A DNA stretch of 64,000 nucleotides. Source: an archaeon HR01 (lineage in GTDB: Archaea > Thermoproteota > Nitrososphaeria_A > Caldarchaeales > Caldarchaeaceae). Both the position numbers and the translations under genes were made by a program. Below are positions 45,926 through 55,897 of this stretch, in pieces. The DNA lies in contig BEHD01000009.1 in the NCBI GenBank assembly GCA_002898355.1, positions 21,124-85,123 of the forward strand. Reading direction: 5' to 3'. The notes under the pieces are model-generated. The model made no database searches. It saw nothing but the letters and a program-made list of their open reading frames with translations, and was not told the origin of the DNA. Position 1 is the first letter of the stretch; each line of letters begins with the position of its first letter.

Positions 45926-46942
45926 AAGAGCTGGAGGCGACTCCCTCCTCCCCACCCTCTCAGCCAAGGCATGGGATATCAGCGGCAGTGCTATGGTCGC
46001 ATCGCAGAAGCATTGTACGGAATATCCATCAGGCGACTCCTTGCCCCAGCTCTTTCCCTCCTCGAGGGTGGCTCCTGACAGGCCGCCCCACTGGGGGCTG
46101 TCAGTGGTTATCTGCACAGCGTACTTGTGGGCCCTAGTCAGATATGGGTCTCCAGACGTTAATATGTCAACGGAGACGGCTGATAGCTGGATAAAGTCCT
46201 TAGGCACGCCTCCGCCTATGAATACTACGGCACTATCCTTATGTGCGGCCCGAATCCTCACGAGAAGCTCATAATCTTTGAAATGGTCTATGAGTAGCTG
46301 GAAGTTTCCGTCCTTGTATCTGTTTATAATGTAGGCTACTCCATAGCCGCTATCAACTATTGCTGGACAGAAGACTGGAACACCGGCCCTGTAGGCGGAG
46401 GCCAGTATGCCGTCTACACCTCTCTCGCTGAGCCACCTTCCCAGCTTGTTGAGAAACTCTGGGGAGGTGTAGGGCCGCCGCCTGTCAATACCTCTCATGA
46501 ATTCGGCCAGCATCTCCTCCATCTTGATATAGTCCTTTTCCCTCACATAGACATCGTGGAACCTGTATATCCCATTCTTCCTTAAGATGTGGTCGTCGAT
46601 GTATGGTGTGCCTATCCAGTAGTTGAAACCCATGGCCTCAATCAAGTCCTCGGATATGTTTGCCCCCGTGGAGACTAGAACATCCACCAGCCTGTTCTCT
46701 ATGAGCCATTTCACTATCTTCCACTGTCCGGTTGTGCTTAGCGAACCGGCATACCCCATCATAATAACTGTGTCCCTAGCTCTCGCAGCCCTCTCCCAAA
46801 TCTCCGCTGCAAGTGCGAGGTTCCTACCTTGGAACCCTGTCTCAGCCATAGCGGCTAGGAGCTCCGAAACTGATTTACGCCCAACCTCAACGGGCCTAAG
46901 CTTCTTCCTCAAGAGCTCCTCAACGTTTTTCGCTGTTTGCAT
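45908..46942 (-). CDS. dys: Deoxyhypusine synthase, paralog 2 (prokaryotic-type signature)
   Basis: ORF track 344 aa. GGGVPKDF .. YAVQITTDSPQWGGLSGATLEEGKSWGK. Converges on paralog 1 with an 18-nt overlap. Confidence 0.85.
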   Translation of the reverse strand: MQTAKNVEELLRKKLRPVEVGRKSVSELLAAMAETGFQGRNLALAAEIWERAARARDTVIMMGYAGSLSTTGQWKIVKWLIENRLVDVLVSTGANISEDLIEAMGFNYWIGTPYIDDHILRKNGIYRFHDVYVREKDYIKMEEMLAEFMRGIDRRRPYTSPEFLNKLGRWLSERGVDGILASAYRAGVPVFCPAIVDSGYGVAYIINRYKDGNFQLLIDHFKDYELLVRIRAAHKDSAVVFIGGGVPKDFIQLSAVSVDILTSGDPYLTRAHKYAVQITTDSPQWGGLSGATLEEGKSWGKESPDGYSVQCFCDATIALPLISHALAERVGRRESPPALSWVFS

Positions 46943-47017
46943 AACGTATCCTTCAAAGAATTAGCTTATATGTGTTTTTCTTTAAGGTTATGAGAAGCTT
47001 CTAACATTTCATCGTCT

Positions 47018-47518
47018 ATGATACCTGAGGAGAGGATTCGGACATTCCACGAGATGGAGAAGAGATATCGTATGCGGGATGTGGAATATTTCAAAAAGTT
47101 GACAAAGCATCCCGACATGACCATCAGGGCTAGGGCTACATGTATCCTCGCAGAGATTGGAGGGAGAGAATGTATCCCCGTTCTGGCCGAGGTCTTGCTG
47201 AAGGATGAGAACCCCATCGTAAGACATGAAGCCTCCTACTCCCTAGGGCAGCTCGGCTTCAAAGATGCCATACCATATCTCGTGGAGTCAGTATTGAACG
47301 ACCCCCACTTCATAGTCAGACATGAATCCGCCATAGCCTTAGGCGTGATAGGTAGGAAAGAGGCTGAGGAGGCTTTGATGAAGGCATTAGAGGATGAGAG
47401 CCAGGAGGTGAGGGATTCAGCCCTGATAGCCCTCAGCAACATAGCCTACTGCGAGCAGCTCTTCAGCGGAGAGCTTGATGAGGAGAAGCTGGCCTTTGCG
47501 AAGAAAACCGGAGGCTAA
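47018..47518 (+). CDS. Four-HEAT-repeat protein with two His-Glu motifs: half-size deoxyhypusine hydroxylase (DOHH)-like
   Basis: ORF track 166 aa. Repeats 2 and 3 read PIVRHEASYSLGQLG and FIVRHESAIALGVIG. Aligns by eye over about 110 aa with either half of human DOHH (LKHELAYCLGQ .. MVRHEAGEALGAIG). Divergently transcribed from the dys paralog 75 bp away. Confidence 0.6.
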   Translation: MIPEERIRTFHEMEKRYRMRDVEYFKKLTKHPDMTIRARATCILAEIGGRECIPVLAEVLLKDENPIVRHEASYSLGQLGFKDAIPYLVESVLNDPHFIVRHESAIALGVIGRKEAEEALMKALEDESQEVRDSALIALSNIAYCEQLFSGELDEEKLAFAKKTGG

Positions 47519-48066
47519 ACCAGTCTCCTCTTCTTCAAGGCAAGCTGGTACGCCTTCTCGGCGGCATCCACCGGGTCTGAAGTATAGTAGGCCGCCTGTA
47601 CCTTCCTATGGTCCAGATATCCGTCTGGATACATCTCCTTGAGAAGGTCGCTGGGATAGCCGGTGTCCGTTAATATGACCAGCGGCACCCCGTAGATGTA
47701 GGCTAGGTGTGCTTCTATTATGGTGCCTGAGCCCCCGCCCAGAATTATGAATGAGTCGCTGCTTCTTACAAGGCCTATGCTCCTAGCCTGGTATGTCTGC
47801 CCGCTTTTGAAGACGATCGTGTTGAAGGGGTTATAGCGTGGATGGCTGCTGTCGATGTCTTCATCTTCGTAGGGTATAACCCCAACTGTTATCCCTCCCC
47901 TCTTCACGAATTCATCGCAGACAACCCTCATCAGGCCGCCGTCCCCACCTGTGAAAAGGACCACGTCACGGTGTTCTGCCAGGGCTGCGGCCATTAGACG
48001 TGCTTTTTCAACCGCTTTAGGGATGGGAGAACGGTCGCTGGAGCAGCCCACACCAATCTGAATCAT
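47515..48066 (-). CDS. TIGR00725/LOG-like Rossmann-fold protein
   Basis: ORF track 183 aa. VLFTGGDGGLMRVV .. IILGGGSGTIIE. Confidence 0.75.
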   Translation of the reverse strand: MIQIGVGCSSDRSPIPKAVEKARLMAAALAEHRDVVLFTGGDGGLMRVVCDEFVKRGGITVGVIPYEDEDIDSSHPRYNPFNTIVFKSGQTYQARSIGLVRSSDSFIILGGGSGTIIEAHLAYIYGVPLVILTDTGYPSDLLKEMYPDGYLDHRKVQAAYYTSDPVDAAEKAYQLALKKRRLV

Positions 48067-48088
48067 GGAAGTTCTCTGGCCGCCTCAG

Positions 48089-48571
48089 CTAGAGCTTGGC
48101 CAGGATGTTCTCCCACTCCTCCTCGTCGTCAACCTCATCCTCTAAAAGCTCTTCAAAAAGCTCATGGGTGACGATGTCTGTCTGCCGGTATTTCTCCACC
48201 ATCTGGCTGTAGAACTTGATGGCGCATCTCTCAGCCTTGAGAACGTCCTCAATCAGCTTACGGTGGTCGGTCGGGTCCTCCGGAGGAGGTATGTAGCCGC
48301 AGCCGCTAGTCTTCAGAAGCCTATCAAAATCCAGGACTATCTTACCGCCCAGCTGTATAATGCGTCTGGCAGCCTTCTCGGCATGCTTCAGCTCATCCAT
48401 GGACTGTTTAAGCAGAATAGGTCTGAGAGTGTCAGCGTCAATACCTCTTATCCACTGGGCGGCCGCCCAGTACTGGTAGTGGGCCAGCCACTCATCCGCA
48501 TAGGTCTTCAAAAGGTCTGAGATAACCTCATCTACGTTGGCTTTAATAACCTCCCTGGCTGTCCTACCCAT
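48089..48571 (-). CDS. Ferritin-like / DPS-like (DPSL) four-helix-bundle protein
   Basis: ORF track 160 aa. DEWLAHYQYW .. DELKHAEK .. ERCAIKFY resemble di-iron ferritin-like ligand helices of archaeal DPSL proteins. Confidence 0.7.
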   Translation of the reverse strand: MGRTAREVIKANVDEVISDLLKTYADEWLAHYQYWAAAQWIRGIDADTLRPILLKQSMDELKHAEKAARRIIQLGGKIVLDFDRLLKTSGCGYIPPPEDPTDHRKLIEDVLKAERCAIKFYSQMVEKYRQTDIVTHELFEELLEDEVDDEEEWENILAKL

Positions 48572-49112
48572 GTCCTACCCTACTGCCGCTTGGGCTATTT
48601 AAGGCTGCCTGTGAAAGAACCCTAATCCTATGCCTGAGCATGAATGCATTATAGGCTAGGAGTATGAGGGCCGCAGCAGTCAGGTAGGGGCTTATGACAG
48701 AGATTAGGCTTACACCCATCAATCCTATGGAGAGGGGCCATCCACAGCATGCGTAGGAGAAGCTGGCCACACTGGCCAGAAGCGCCCCAACACCTCCCCC
48801 AGCACCTCCTAGGAGGCATGCTCTAAGGAGTCTCTTCCTGTATAGATGCCAGAGGAGGGATGCGTTGACCCCGAATAGTGTGGCTAGGGCCACCGCCAGA
48901 GGTATGGGCAGTATCTTGACGCTCACGATGTTTGCTCCGTAGATTAGCTGCAGAACAGGCCCGGTGTAGAGCTGTCCCTCCATATAGCCCGTGGAAATCG
49001 TGAAGCCTGCGACCCCGAAAGGTAGTGGAGAGACCTGGACCACACCGGTGAAATAGATGTAGAAAGCTAGATAGGCTAGGAGTGTGGATGTGAACACTCT
49101 CCAGCCCAGCAT
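48564..49112 (-). CDS. Membrane protein with conserved-looking Cys pair (YACCGWP), function unknown
   Basis: ORF track 182 aa, about 5 TM segments. Overlaps the DPSL start by 8 nt and follows the SCO gene. Confidence 0.55.
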   Translation of the reverse strand: MLGWRVFTSTLLAYLAFYIYFTGVVQVSPLPFGVAGFTISTGYMEGQLYTGPVLQLIYGANIVSVKILPIPLAVALATLFGVNASLLWHLYRKRLLRACLLGGAGGGVGALLASVASFSYACCGWPLSIGLMGVSLISVISPYLTAAALILLAYNAFMLRHRIRVLSQAALNSPSGSRVGHG

Positions 49113-49127
49113 AGATGGCGTGAAGCC

Positions 49128-49733
49128 TCACCTCGAAAGCAGATAGCGCACACCATTCAGATATTCTTGGAAATCCATATAAGGAGTAAAGGCTATGCGG
49201 AGAATATGATTTCTATCAGCGCCGAGAACTAATGCGTAATGGTCTACTAGGTAGTCGCCGCCCCCCTCTACAGGGACCTTAGCAGCATACACATTAAACT
49301 TACCCATAACCTCATACACCTTCTCCGGAGGCCCGGTCAATCCGATGATTCGGTCGGAATAGTATCCCACATATTTTCCCATAACCTCCTGGGTGTCCCT
49401 CTCAGGGTCCACAGTTATGAATATGAGAGCCACCCTCTCTGCATCAGGCCCCAGAGTCTCCAGCAGTCTCTTATACTTGGTCATGACGAGGGGGCAGACA
49501 TCCGGGCAGTGGGTGTAGCCAAAGTAGATGAGCACCGCCCTACCCTTAACACTTGACAGAGTGAACTCTCTACCATGCTGGTCCACCAGTGTGAAGTCGG
49601 GTAAAGCCCTATCACCAACTATCTCGATTGTTGGCCTATACCTGGATGCTGAGACAAGATAAGCTGCTCCCGCGCCTGCCACAGCCGCCAGCACCGATGC
49701 CGCAACAAGGATGATAAGGAACCGGCGTCTCAT
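49128..49733 (-). CDS. SCO1/SenC-family copper chaperone, second copy
   Basis: ORF track 201 aa. Anchor plus YFGYTHCPDVCP motif. Confidence 0.8.
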   Translation of the reverse strand: MRRRFLIILVAASVLAAVAGAGAAYLVSASRYRPTIEIVGDRALPDFTLVDQHGREFTLSSVKGRAVLIYFGYTHCPDVCPLVMTKYKRLLETLGPDAERVALIFITVDPERDTQEVMGKYVGYYSDRIIGLTGPPEKVYEVMGKFNVYAAKVPVEGGGDYLVDHYALVLGADRNHILRIAFTPYMDFQEYLNGVRYLLSR

Positions 49734-49852
49734 CTATGTCAAACCCGTAGCACGCACTTTTAAGCTTATTCCATGAATGCAAAAATCTCAGAGCATCTCC
49801 GCTTTCAGATGCTATAAGAACCTTTTTAGAATGCCTGATCAGCTGATTAGGT

Positions 49853-51136
49853 ATGAAGCTGGACAGGTCTTATCAGTTATTTCTTGAGGCTTTGAAGTAT
49901 CTCCCCAGCGGTGTTACATATGGTAACAGATACTCTGAACCATATCCTATATATTTGGAGAGGGCTGAGGGCCAGTATGTCTGGGATGTTGATGGTAACC
50001 GCTATGTTGACTTGTGGATGGGACACGGAGCCCTAATAATGGGTCATCAATACAGGCCTGTCGTAGAGGCGGCTGTCGAGCAGCTGAGAAACGGGGCCCA
50101 CTTCGGTTACAGCCATGAGTGGGAGGTTAAGTGGGCTAAACAGGTATGCAGCATGGTCCCCTCTATAAAGATGGTCAGGCCAACCAACAGCGGGACCGAG
50201 GCCAACATGTATGCGGTACGGCTTGCCAGGGGATATACCCGGAGGACTTTGATCGGGAAGTTTGAGGGGGGATGGCATGGCGGCTACGACGGCCTGCAGA
50301 TAGGCGTAACCTATCCAGTGGATAGGCCCTCAAGCCTGGGTATAACGGAGAACACGGCCAGGGATACCGTACTCCTAGCCTACAACAACCTCGAGGAGAC
50401 GGAGAGACGTGTTAAGGGTAGAAACCTTGCCTGCATAGTGGTCGAGCCTGTGATGGGTGCCGGAGGCTTTATCCCAGCCAAGAGAGAGTTCCTTAAAGGC
50501 CTCAGAGAGCTATGCGACAGGGAGGGCATAGTTCTGATATTTGACGAGGTGATAACGGGGTTCAGGCTGTCGCCGGGAGGTGCACAACAGCTCTACGGCG
50601 TCATCCCCGACATCACTGTATTAGGCAAGGCTGTGGGCGGCGGCCCATTTCCAGCCGGCGCCTTCGGCGGAAGGGAGGACATCATGGAGCTGATAGACCT
50701 GCGGAAGCATCCCCACCCCTACGAGAGAGTTTTTCACGGCGGCACATACAGTGGAAACCCCCTAACTATGAGGGCGGGATACACACTTCTAACAGAGCTG
50801 GCCAAAGGTGAGGTATACAGACATATCAACAGATTGGGGGATCGGATGAGAGGGCGGCTGGAAGAGATGGCCGACGGCCACCCACTCCACATAACAGGGA
50901 TAGGCTCCCTGGTATGCTTACACTTCACAAAGGAGAAACCCTACGATATACACACCGCCAACAGGACAAAAAACGTCGAGATGGCCAAAGAGTATTTCAG
51001 ACACCTCCTTTCGAAGGGCTTCATATTCGTACCGCCCCACGTCCCCCATCTGTTTATCTCCGCCTCCCATACAGAGGAGACCATAGAACAGATATGCGAT
51101 GTCACCGAGGAGTTCATCCGGGCTAGGTTAGTATGA
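49853..51136 (+). CDS. Class-III aminotransferase, glutamate-1-semialdehyde 2,1-aminomutase-like
   Basis: ORF track 427 aa. DVDGNRYVDLWMGHGALIMGH, FDEVITGFR, and PLP-Lys context VLGKAVGGG. Confidence 0.8.
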   Translation: MKLDRSYQLFLEALKYLPSGVTYGNRYSEPYPIYLERAEGQYVWDVDGNRYVDLWMGHGALIMGHQYRPVVEAAVEQLRNGAHFGYSHEWEVKWAKQVCSMVPSIKMVRPTNSGTEANMYAVRLARGYTRRTLIGKFEGGWHGGYDGLQIGVTYPVDRPSSLGITENTARDTVLLAYNNLEETERRVKGRNLACIVVEPVMGAGGFIPAKREFLKGLRELCDREGIVLIFDEVITGFRLSPGGAQQLYGVIPDITVLGKAVGGGPFPAGAFGGREDIMELIDLRKHPHPYERVFHGGTYSGNPLTMRAGYTLLTELAKGEVYRHINRLGDRMRGRLEEMADGHPLHITGIGSLVCLHFTKEKPYDIHTANRTKNVEMAKEYFRHLLSKGFIFVPPHVPHLFISASHTEETIEQICDVTEEFIRARLV

Positions 51137-51854
51137 CCAGCTCGGGTGGGGAGTTTATCCTGACCGGTATTATCTGTCCTAGACCCCGGGAGACATAGAG
51201 AGTTGTTCCGGGCCCTATCTCGTACCGGCCTCTCACAAAGTATGAGTTGGAGTAGAGTGTGGTCTGCCCTAGGACAACGCCTCCATGGGTGTGGCCGGCG
51301 AGGATGAGGCAGTTGCCGGATATGTTGAGGGCTGCGTTTGGGTCGTGAACTACTACCACGCCATCGGTGTGTAGGGCTGGGTAGTGTCTACCCTCATCCC
51401 AGTCTAGGCCGGTTATCCTGCCCACCGTGCTTACAGCGGAGTTGTTGTATAGTACCGTGAATCCATTCTCCCTTAGAAGCCTGTCCATCCATGGGGTCTG
51501 CTCAGACCAGTATTCATGGTTTCCCATCACTGCGAATTTCTCACCGGCCTCCAGTGATTTTATGAAGCCTTCCACTGCAGCCCTATCTGCTGTGTATTCG
51601 TCGACTGTGTCTCCTGCGAGAAATATGATATCTGGGTCTTCCCGCGATATTGTGTCGGCGAGGCGGTCCAGATAAGGTGTCCCGAGATGTATGTGGAGGT
51701 CTGTTAGGAAGACGGCTTTGCTGGATAGCCCCATATCCAGCCTAGTAACAGTGAATCTCTCCACCTCGTTGGCGAGAAATGTGAATAGTCCTACCCCACC
51801 TACAGCTGTGCCAATACCGAGCTTGAGGAACCCCCTCCTAGTCGGGACACCCAT
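51123..51854 (-). CDS. Tat-signal metallophosphoesterase
   Basis: ORF track 243 aa. TRRGFLKLG twin-Arg signal; DLHI, GDTVD, GNHE, GHTHGG motifs. Confidence 0.8.
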   Translation of the reverse strand: MGVPTRRGFLKLGIGTAVGGVGLFTFLANEVERFTVTRLDMGLSSKAVFLTDLHIHLGTPYLDRLADTISREDPDIIFLAGDTVDEYTADRAAVEGFIKSLEAGEKFAVMGNHEYWSEQTPWMDRLLRENGFTVLYNNSAVSTVGRITGLDWDEGRHYPALHTDGVVVVHDPNAALNISGNCLILAGHTHGGVVLGQTTLYSNSYFVRGRYEIGPGTTLYVSRGLGQIIPVRINSPPELVILT

Positions 51855-51906
51855 CTAAACATAAGCCAGATAAATAGCTTATTAACCTATACATGACGGA
51901 TGCCCT

Positions 51907-52899
51907 ATGTCAAAAACAGTATCGATTAGGGATACTGTGACGAGGACCTGGCATCATGTAATGCCTGTTGATACAAATCCCTTGTCTAAGCTGCATGGTG
52001 GCAGGATTATTGACTGGATGCTCTCATCCGCAAGTGTTGCATGTACGAGATATTCGAGGGGTGGAGTGGTTTTAGGCGCCGTGGATAGCCTATATTTCCT
52101 GAGGCAGGTGGGGCTGTGGAACCTGGTGGAGGTCAAATCCTTCATAGGGTATTCGGGCCGCTCATCCATGGAGGTGGGTGTTGTGGCCGATTCCCTAGAC
52201 CTCAAGACAGGAGAGTCGGAGGTCATATCTGTGGCTAATATGGCGTTTGTGGCTGTGGATGGTGAGGGTAGGCCTAGGCCTGTACCCCATGCAATCAAGC
52301 CCGACGAGGGGGAGTATGAGATATATGCGATGGCTGAGGAGAGATATCGCAGGCGGAGAGAGGCACTAGCCATGAGGGATAAGGAGAGCCTCGACATAAC
52401 ACCATACGCGGAGGGCTCACGTTTTAGGATGCTTTCATCCCATACGGTAACCCTTTCGGATACGCTGCACGGTGTATTGATGTTCGGCGGCCGGCTTCTC
52501 CACATGATAGACGAGATGGCCGCAGCCCTTGTGAGCAGATACTGTTCCGGTGTTGTGGTTACTGGGGCCGTTGACTCGATGCTGTTCTACCATCCGATAA
52601 GGGTTGGCATGCTGATGGATATCGAGCTAGCCATCAACCACGTGGGAGGGACCTCCGCCGAGGTCGGCGCAAAAGTAGTTGTTGAAAACCCGTTAAGTGG
52701 CATCAGACGCCATGCAACAACGGCGTTCTTCACGTTCATACATTTGGGAGATGACTCAAAGCCTCGGAGGATGCCGGCGTACACGCCCATTACGGAGGAT
52801 GAGAGGAGAAGGTATGAGGAGGCTGGGAGACGTTATCTTGTGAGGCGGGAGAAGCTGACGGAAGCCTCGAGGCAGGCCGAGATGTATAGGAGGCTGTAA
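51907..52899 (+). CDS. Double hot-dog acyl-CoA thioesterase
   Basis: ORF track 330 aa. Two repeats, each with a HGG motif (KLHGGRIIDWM; VLMFGGRLLHMIDE). Confidence 0.75.
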   Translation: MSKTVSIRDTVTRTWHHVMPVDTNPLSKLHGGRIIDWMLSSASVACTRYSRGGVVLGAVDSLYFLRQVGLWNLVEVKSFIGYSGRSSMEVGVVADSLDLKTGESEVISVANMAFVAVDGEGRPRPVPHAIKPDEGEYEIYAMAEERYRRRREALAMRDKESLDITPYAEGSRFRMLSSHTVTLSDTLHGVLMFGGRLLHMIDEMAAALVSRYCSGVVVTGAVDSMLFYHPIRVGMLMDIELAINHVGGTSAEVGAKVVVENPLSGIRRHATTAFFTFIHLGDDSKPRRMPAYTPITEDERRRYEEAGRRYLVRREKLTEASRQAEMYRRL

Positions 52900-52906
52900 G
52901 ACGGGG

Positions 52907-53887
52907 ATGGGGAGGATAGGGCTCGTTATAAGAAGCATCGACTTGGGGCCGAGAGCGTTTGCATCTATAGCGGGTATTGCTGAGGAGCTGGGCTATGAGA
53001 GCATATGGGCTACTGAGGAGCTGGCACGCTCAGCCTTCGTATCCCTCTCCACTGCGGCTCAAAACACCAGCCGTATCATGCTGGGCACCGCCATAGTCAG
53101 CATCTACTCGAGGACACCCCTCACCATGGCTATGGAGTATGTGGCCCTATCAGAGACGTCGGGGGGAAGGTTCATACTCGGTCTAGGGGCCGGCGGCCCC
53201 GATATAGTCTCGAGAGGACACGGCGTATCATTCGTCAGCCCCGCAGCTAGAATGGAGGAGTACCTCAGAATCATCAGAGGCTTTCTTACTGGACAGAGGT
53301 TTTCCTACGAAGGCCGTTTTTTCAGGGTCCGGGATATGAGGATGTGGGCTGGGCCGCCGGACAGCGTCAGGCTCTATGTTGCTGCGTTGAATCCGTTGAT
53401 GCTCAGGGTTGCAGGCGCCCTCGCCGATGGCGTAATCCTCAACATCTTCTCACCAGTAATCTTGGACGATATTCTAATGGATATCAGAAGAGGGGCTGAG
53501 GCCGCTGGTAGAAATCCGGCCGATATAGATATCTGCTCCTTCATCCCGGCCGCCGCCACATCTGAAAAGGACTCCGTCGAGGCGTTAAAGCGCTCTATAG
53601 CCTTCTACGCCTCCTCACCCGCCTACAGGAGGATGTTCGAACTATTGGGGTATGGGTGGCTGCCAGAACTTGTAGCCTCGAGAACGGGGCAGCGTGAGAC
53701 CGTTGCAGAGCTTATACCCGACCATCTGATGGAGAAGATAGCCATCTACCTCGACCGGGATGACACGGGTGAGAAGCTGAGAACATTTCAAAGGGCCGGC
53801 GTCACACCCCTAATCTATCCACAGCCTAGAAAGGAGAGGAGAATGGAAGATATAAGAAAAATTGCAGAGGGATGCCGCAAAACCTAA
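52907..53887 (+). CDS. LLM-class (luciferase-like) flavin/F420-dependent oxidoreductase
   Basis: ORF track 326 aa. [20 protein letters not shown], and DGVILN blocks. Confidence 0.8.
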   Translation: MGRIGLVIRSIDLGPRAFASIAGIAEELGYESIWATEELARSAFVSLSTAAQNTSRIMLGTAIVSIYSRTPLTMAMEYVALSETSGGRFILGLGAGGPDIVSRGHGVSFVSPAARMEEYLRIIRGFLTGQRFSYEGRFFRVRDMRMWAGPPDSVRLYVAALNPLMLRVAGALADGVILNIFSPVILDDILMDIRRGAEAAGRNPADIDICSFIPAAATSEKDSVEALKRSIAFYASSPAYRRMFELLGYGWLPELVASRTGQRETVAELIPDHLMEKIAIYLDRDDTGEKLRTFQRAGVTPLIYPQPRKERRMEDIRKIAEGCRKT

Positions 53888-53930
53888 AAAATCCGAAAAA
53901 AATATAAACGTGGAGAAGAGAGAAAATCCC

Positions 53931-55853
53931 ATGTCACTATCTCTCGATGTCTCGGCCAAGATATACCCCGTCAACAGATATCTGGAGCTTTACAGCCGCT
54001 CTCTCGAAGAGCCTGAGAAGTTTTGGGAGGAGCAGGCTAGGGAGCTGGACTGGTTTAAGAGCTGGGATAAGGTGCTGGAGTGGAACACGCCCTTCGCCAA
54101 ATGGTTCGTGGGAGGCCGAATAAACGCATGCTACAACGCACTAGACAGACATCTCAAATCATGGAGGAAAAACAAAGCCGCCCTGATCTGGGAGGGAGAG
54201 CCAGGTGAAAGGCGTGTACTCACATACCATGACCTCTACAGGGAGGCGAACAGGTTTGCAGACGCCCTCCTAAGGCTTGGGGTTAAGACTGGAGACCGTG
54301 TGGGAATATATATGCCGTTGATCCCTGAGCTTCCCATATCTATGCTGGCAGCCTCCCGGATTGGTGCGACATTCACCGTGGTATTCTCAGGTTTTAGCTC
54401 CGGGGCTCTGGCCGACAGGCTCAACGACGCTGAGGCGAAGGTCCTGATAACCGCTGATGGGGGATACAGGCGTGGCCGTATCGTAAACCTGAAGGAGAAC
54501 GCTGATAAAGCTCTGGCCAGCTGCCCCACCGTTGAACACGTAGTGGTCTATAGAAGGACAGGCCATAGTGTACCGTTTAAGGAGGGCCGTGATATCTGGT
54601 GGGATGACATAGTGAAGGACAGCCGTAAATATGTTGAGCCGGTGTCTGTAGAGTCAAACCACCCGCTCTACATCCTATACACATCAGGTACAACAGGAAA
54701 GCCGAAAGGTGTCGTCCACAGTACTGGAGGATATCTTGTCTACGTATCAGCCACCCAGAAATGGGTCTTCGACGTTAGGGATGAGGATGTCTACTGGTGT
54801 ACAGCCGACATAGGATGGGTTACAGGCCATAGCTACGTCGTTTACGGCCCGTTCTTGAACGGTGTAACAACGGTGATGTATGAGGGAGCGCTCGACTATC
54901 CCAACCCAGGCAGGTGGTGGGAGATAGTTGAGAGATATGGTGTCACAATACTCTATACAACGCCTACAGCCCTCAGAACTTTGATAAAGTATGGTGATGA
55001 ATATCCGAAGAAATATGATCTAAGCAGTCTTAGACTTCTTGGCACCGTGGGAGAACCCATCAACCCTGCAGCATGGGAGTGGTATTTCAACGTGGTAGGC
55101 GGAGGCAGATGCCCCATAGTTGATACATGGTGGCAGACCGAGACAGGTGGGATACTCATCTCACCGGCCCCGCGGCTAGGCCTAGTACCTCTGAAACCAG
55201 GCTCTGCAACATATCCGCTACCAACTATCATGGCCGATGTATATGATGAGAAGGGGAGGCCTGCACCCAGCATGACGAGGGGATACCTAGTAATCAAGAA
55301 TCCATGGCCTGGAATGCTTCAAACATTATTCAAAGACCCACAGCGCTATCAGCAAGTCTACTGGAGCAGGTTTGAAGGCGTCTACTACACCGGAGACTAC
55401 GCCATGAAGGATGAGGAGGGATATTTCTGGCTTTTGGGTAGGGCTGACGAAGTGTTGAAGGTGGCTGGCCACAGGCTGGGAACAATAGAGCTGGAGGACG
55501 CCCTTGTATCTCATCAAGCCGTGGCCGAGGCCGCCGTGGTCGGCAGGCCGGACGCGGTGAAAGGAGAGGTCATAGTGGTCTTCGCCACCCTAAGACAGGG
55601 ATATTCGCCATCACCACAGCTGGCCCAAGAACTACGGGAGCATGTGAGGCGGGTTATAGGGCCGATAGCCACACCTGAGGAGATACACTTCGTACATATG
55701 CTGCCGAAGACACGAAGCGGCAAGATAATGCGTAGAGTCATCAAAGCTGTCGCATCACAGGCCGAGATAGGCGACATAACGACGCTGGAGGATGAGGCGT
55801 CGGTGGAAGAGGTCAAGAAAGCAATAGAAACATTAAGGGCTGGAATGGCGTAA
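53931..55853 (+). CDS. acs: Acetyl-CoA synthetase (AMP-forming)
   Basis: ORF track 53862..55853; ATG 53931 preferred. [19 protein letters not shown], and the C-terminal [11 protein letters not shown]. Confidence 0.9.
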   Translation: MSLSLDVSAKIYPVNRYLELYSRSLEEPEKFWEEQARELDWFKSWDKVLEWNTPFAKWFVGGRINACYNALDRHLKSWRKNKAALIWEGEPGERRVLTYHDLYREANRFADALLRLGVKTGDRVGIYMPLIPELPISMLAASRIGATFTVVFSGFSSGALADRLNDAEAKVLITADGGYRRGRIVNLKENADKALASCPTVEHVVVYRRTGHSVPFKEGRDIWWDDIVKDSRKYVEPVSVESNHPLYILYTSGTTGKPKGVVHSTGGYLVYVSATQKWVFDVRDEDVYWCTADIGWVTGHSYVVYGPFLNGVTTVMYEGALDYPNPGRWWEIVERYGVTILYTTPTALRTLIKYGDEYPKKYDLSSLRLLGTVGEPINPAAWEWYFNVVGGGRCPIVDTWWQTETGGILISPAPRLGLVPLKPGSATYPLPTIMADVYDEKGRPAPSMTRGYLVIKNPWPGMLQTLFKDPQRYQQVYWSRFEGVYYTGDYAMKDEEGYFWLLGRADEVLKVAGHRLGTIELEDALVSHQAVAEAAVVGRPDAVKGEVIVVFATLRQGYSPSPQLAQELREHVRRVIGPIATPEEIHFVHMLPKTRSGKIMRRVIKAVASQAEIGDITTLEDEASVEEVKKAIETLRAGMA

Positions 55854-55897
55854 GAGATATTAATTGCCAACATCGCATATCCGTAGGTGAGATTTTT

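Noticed and set aside
49773-49800. Hairpin AGCATCT-8 nt-AGATGCT followed by a T-run, considered as a terminator
   Set aside because: It lies between two divergently transcribed genes (SCO on the minus strand, aminotransferase on the plus strand), so there is no upstream transcript to terminate. It may be a small operator, but there is no supporting evidence.
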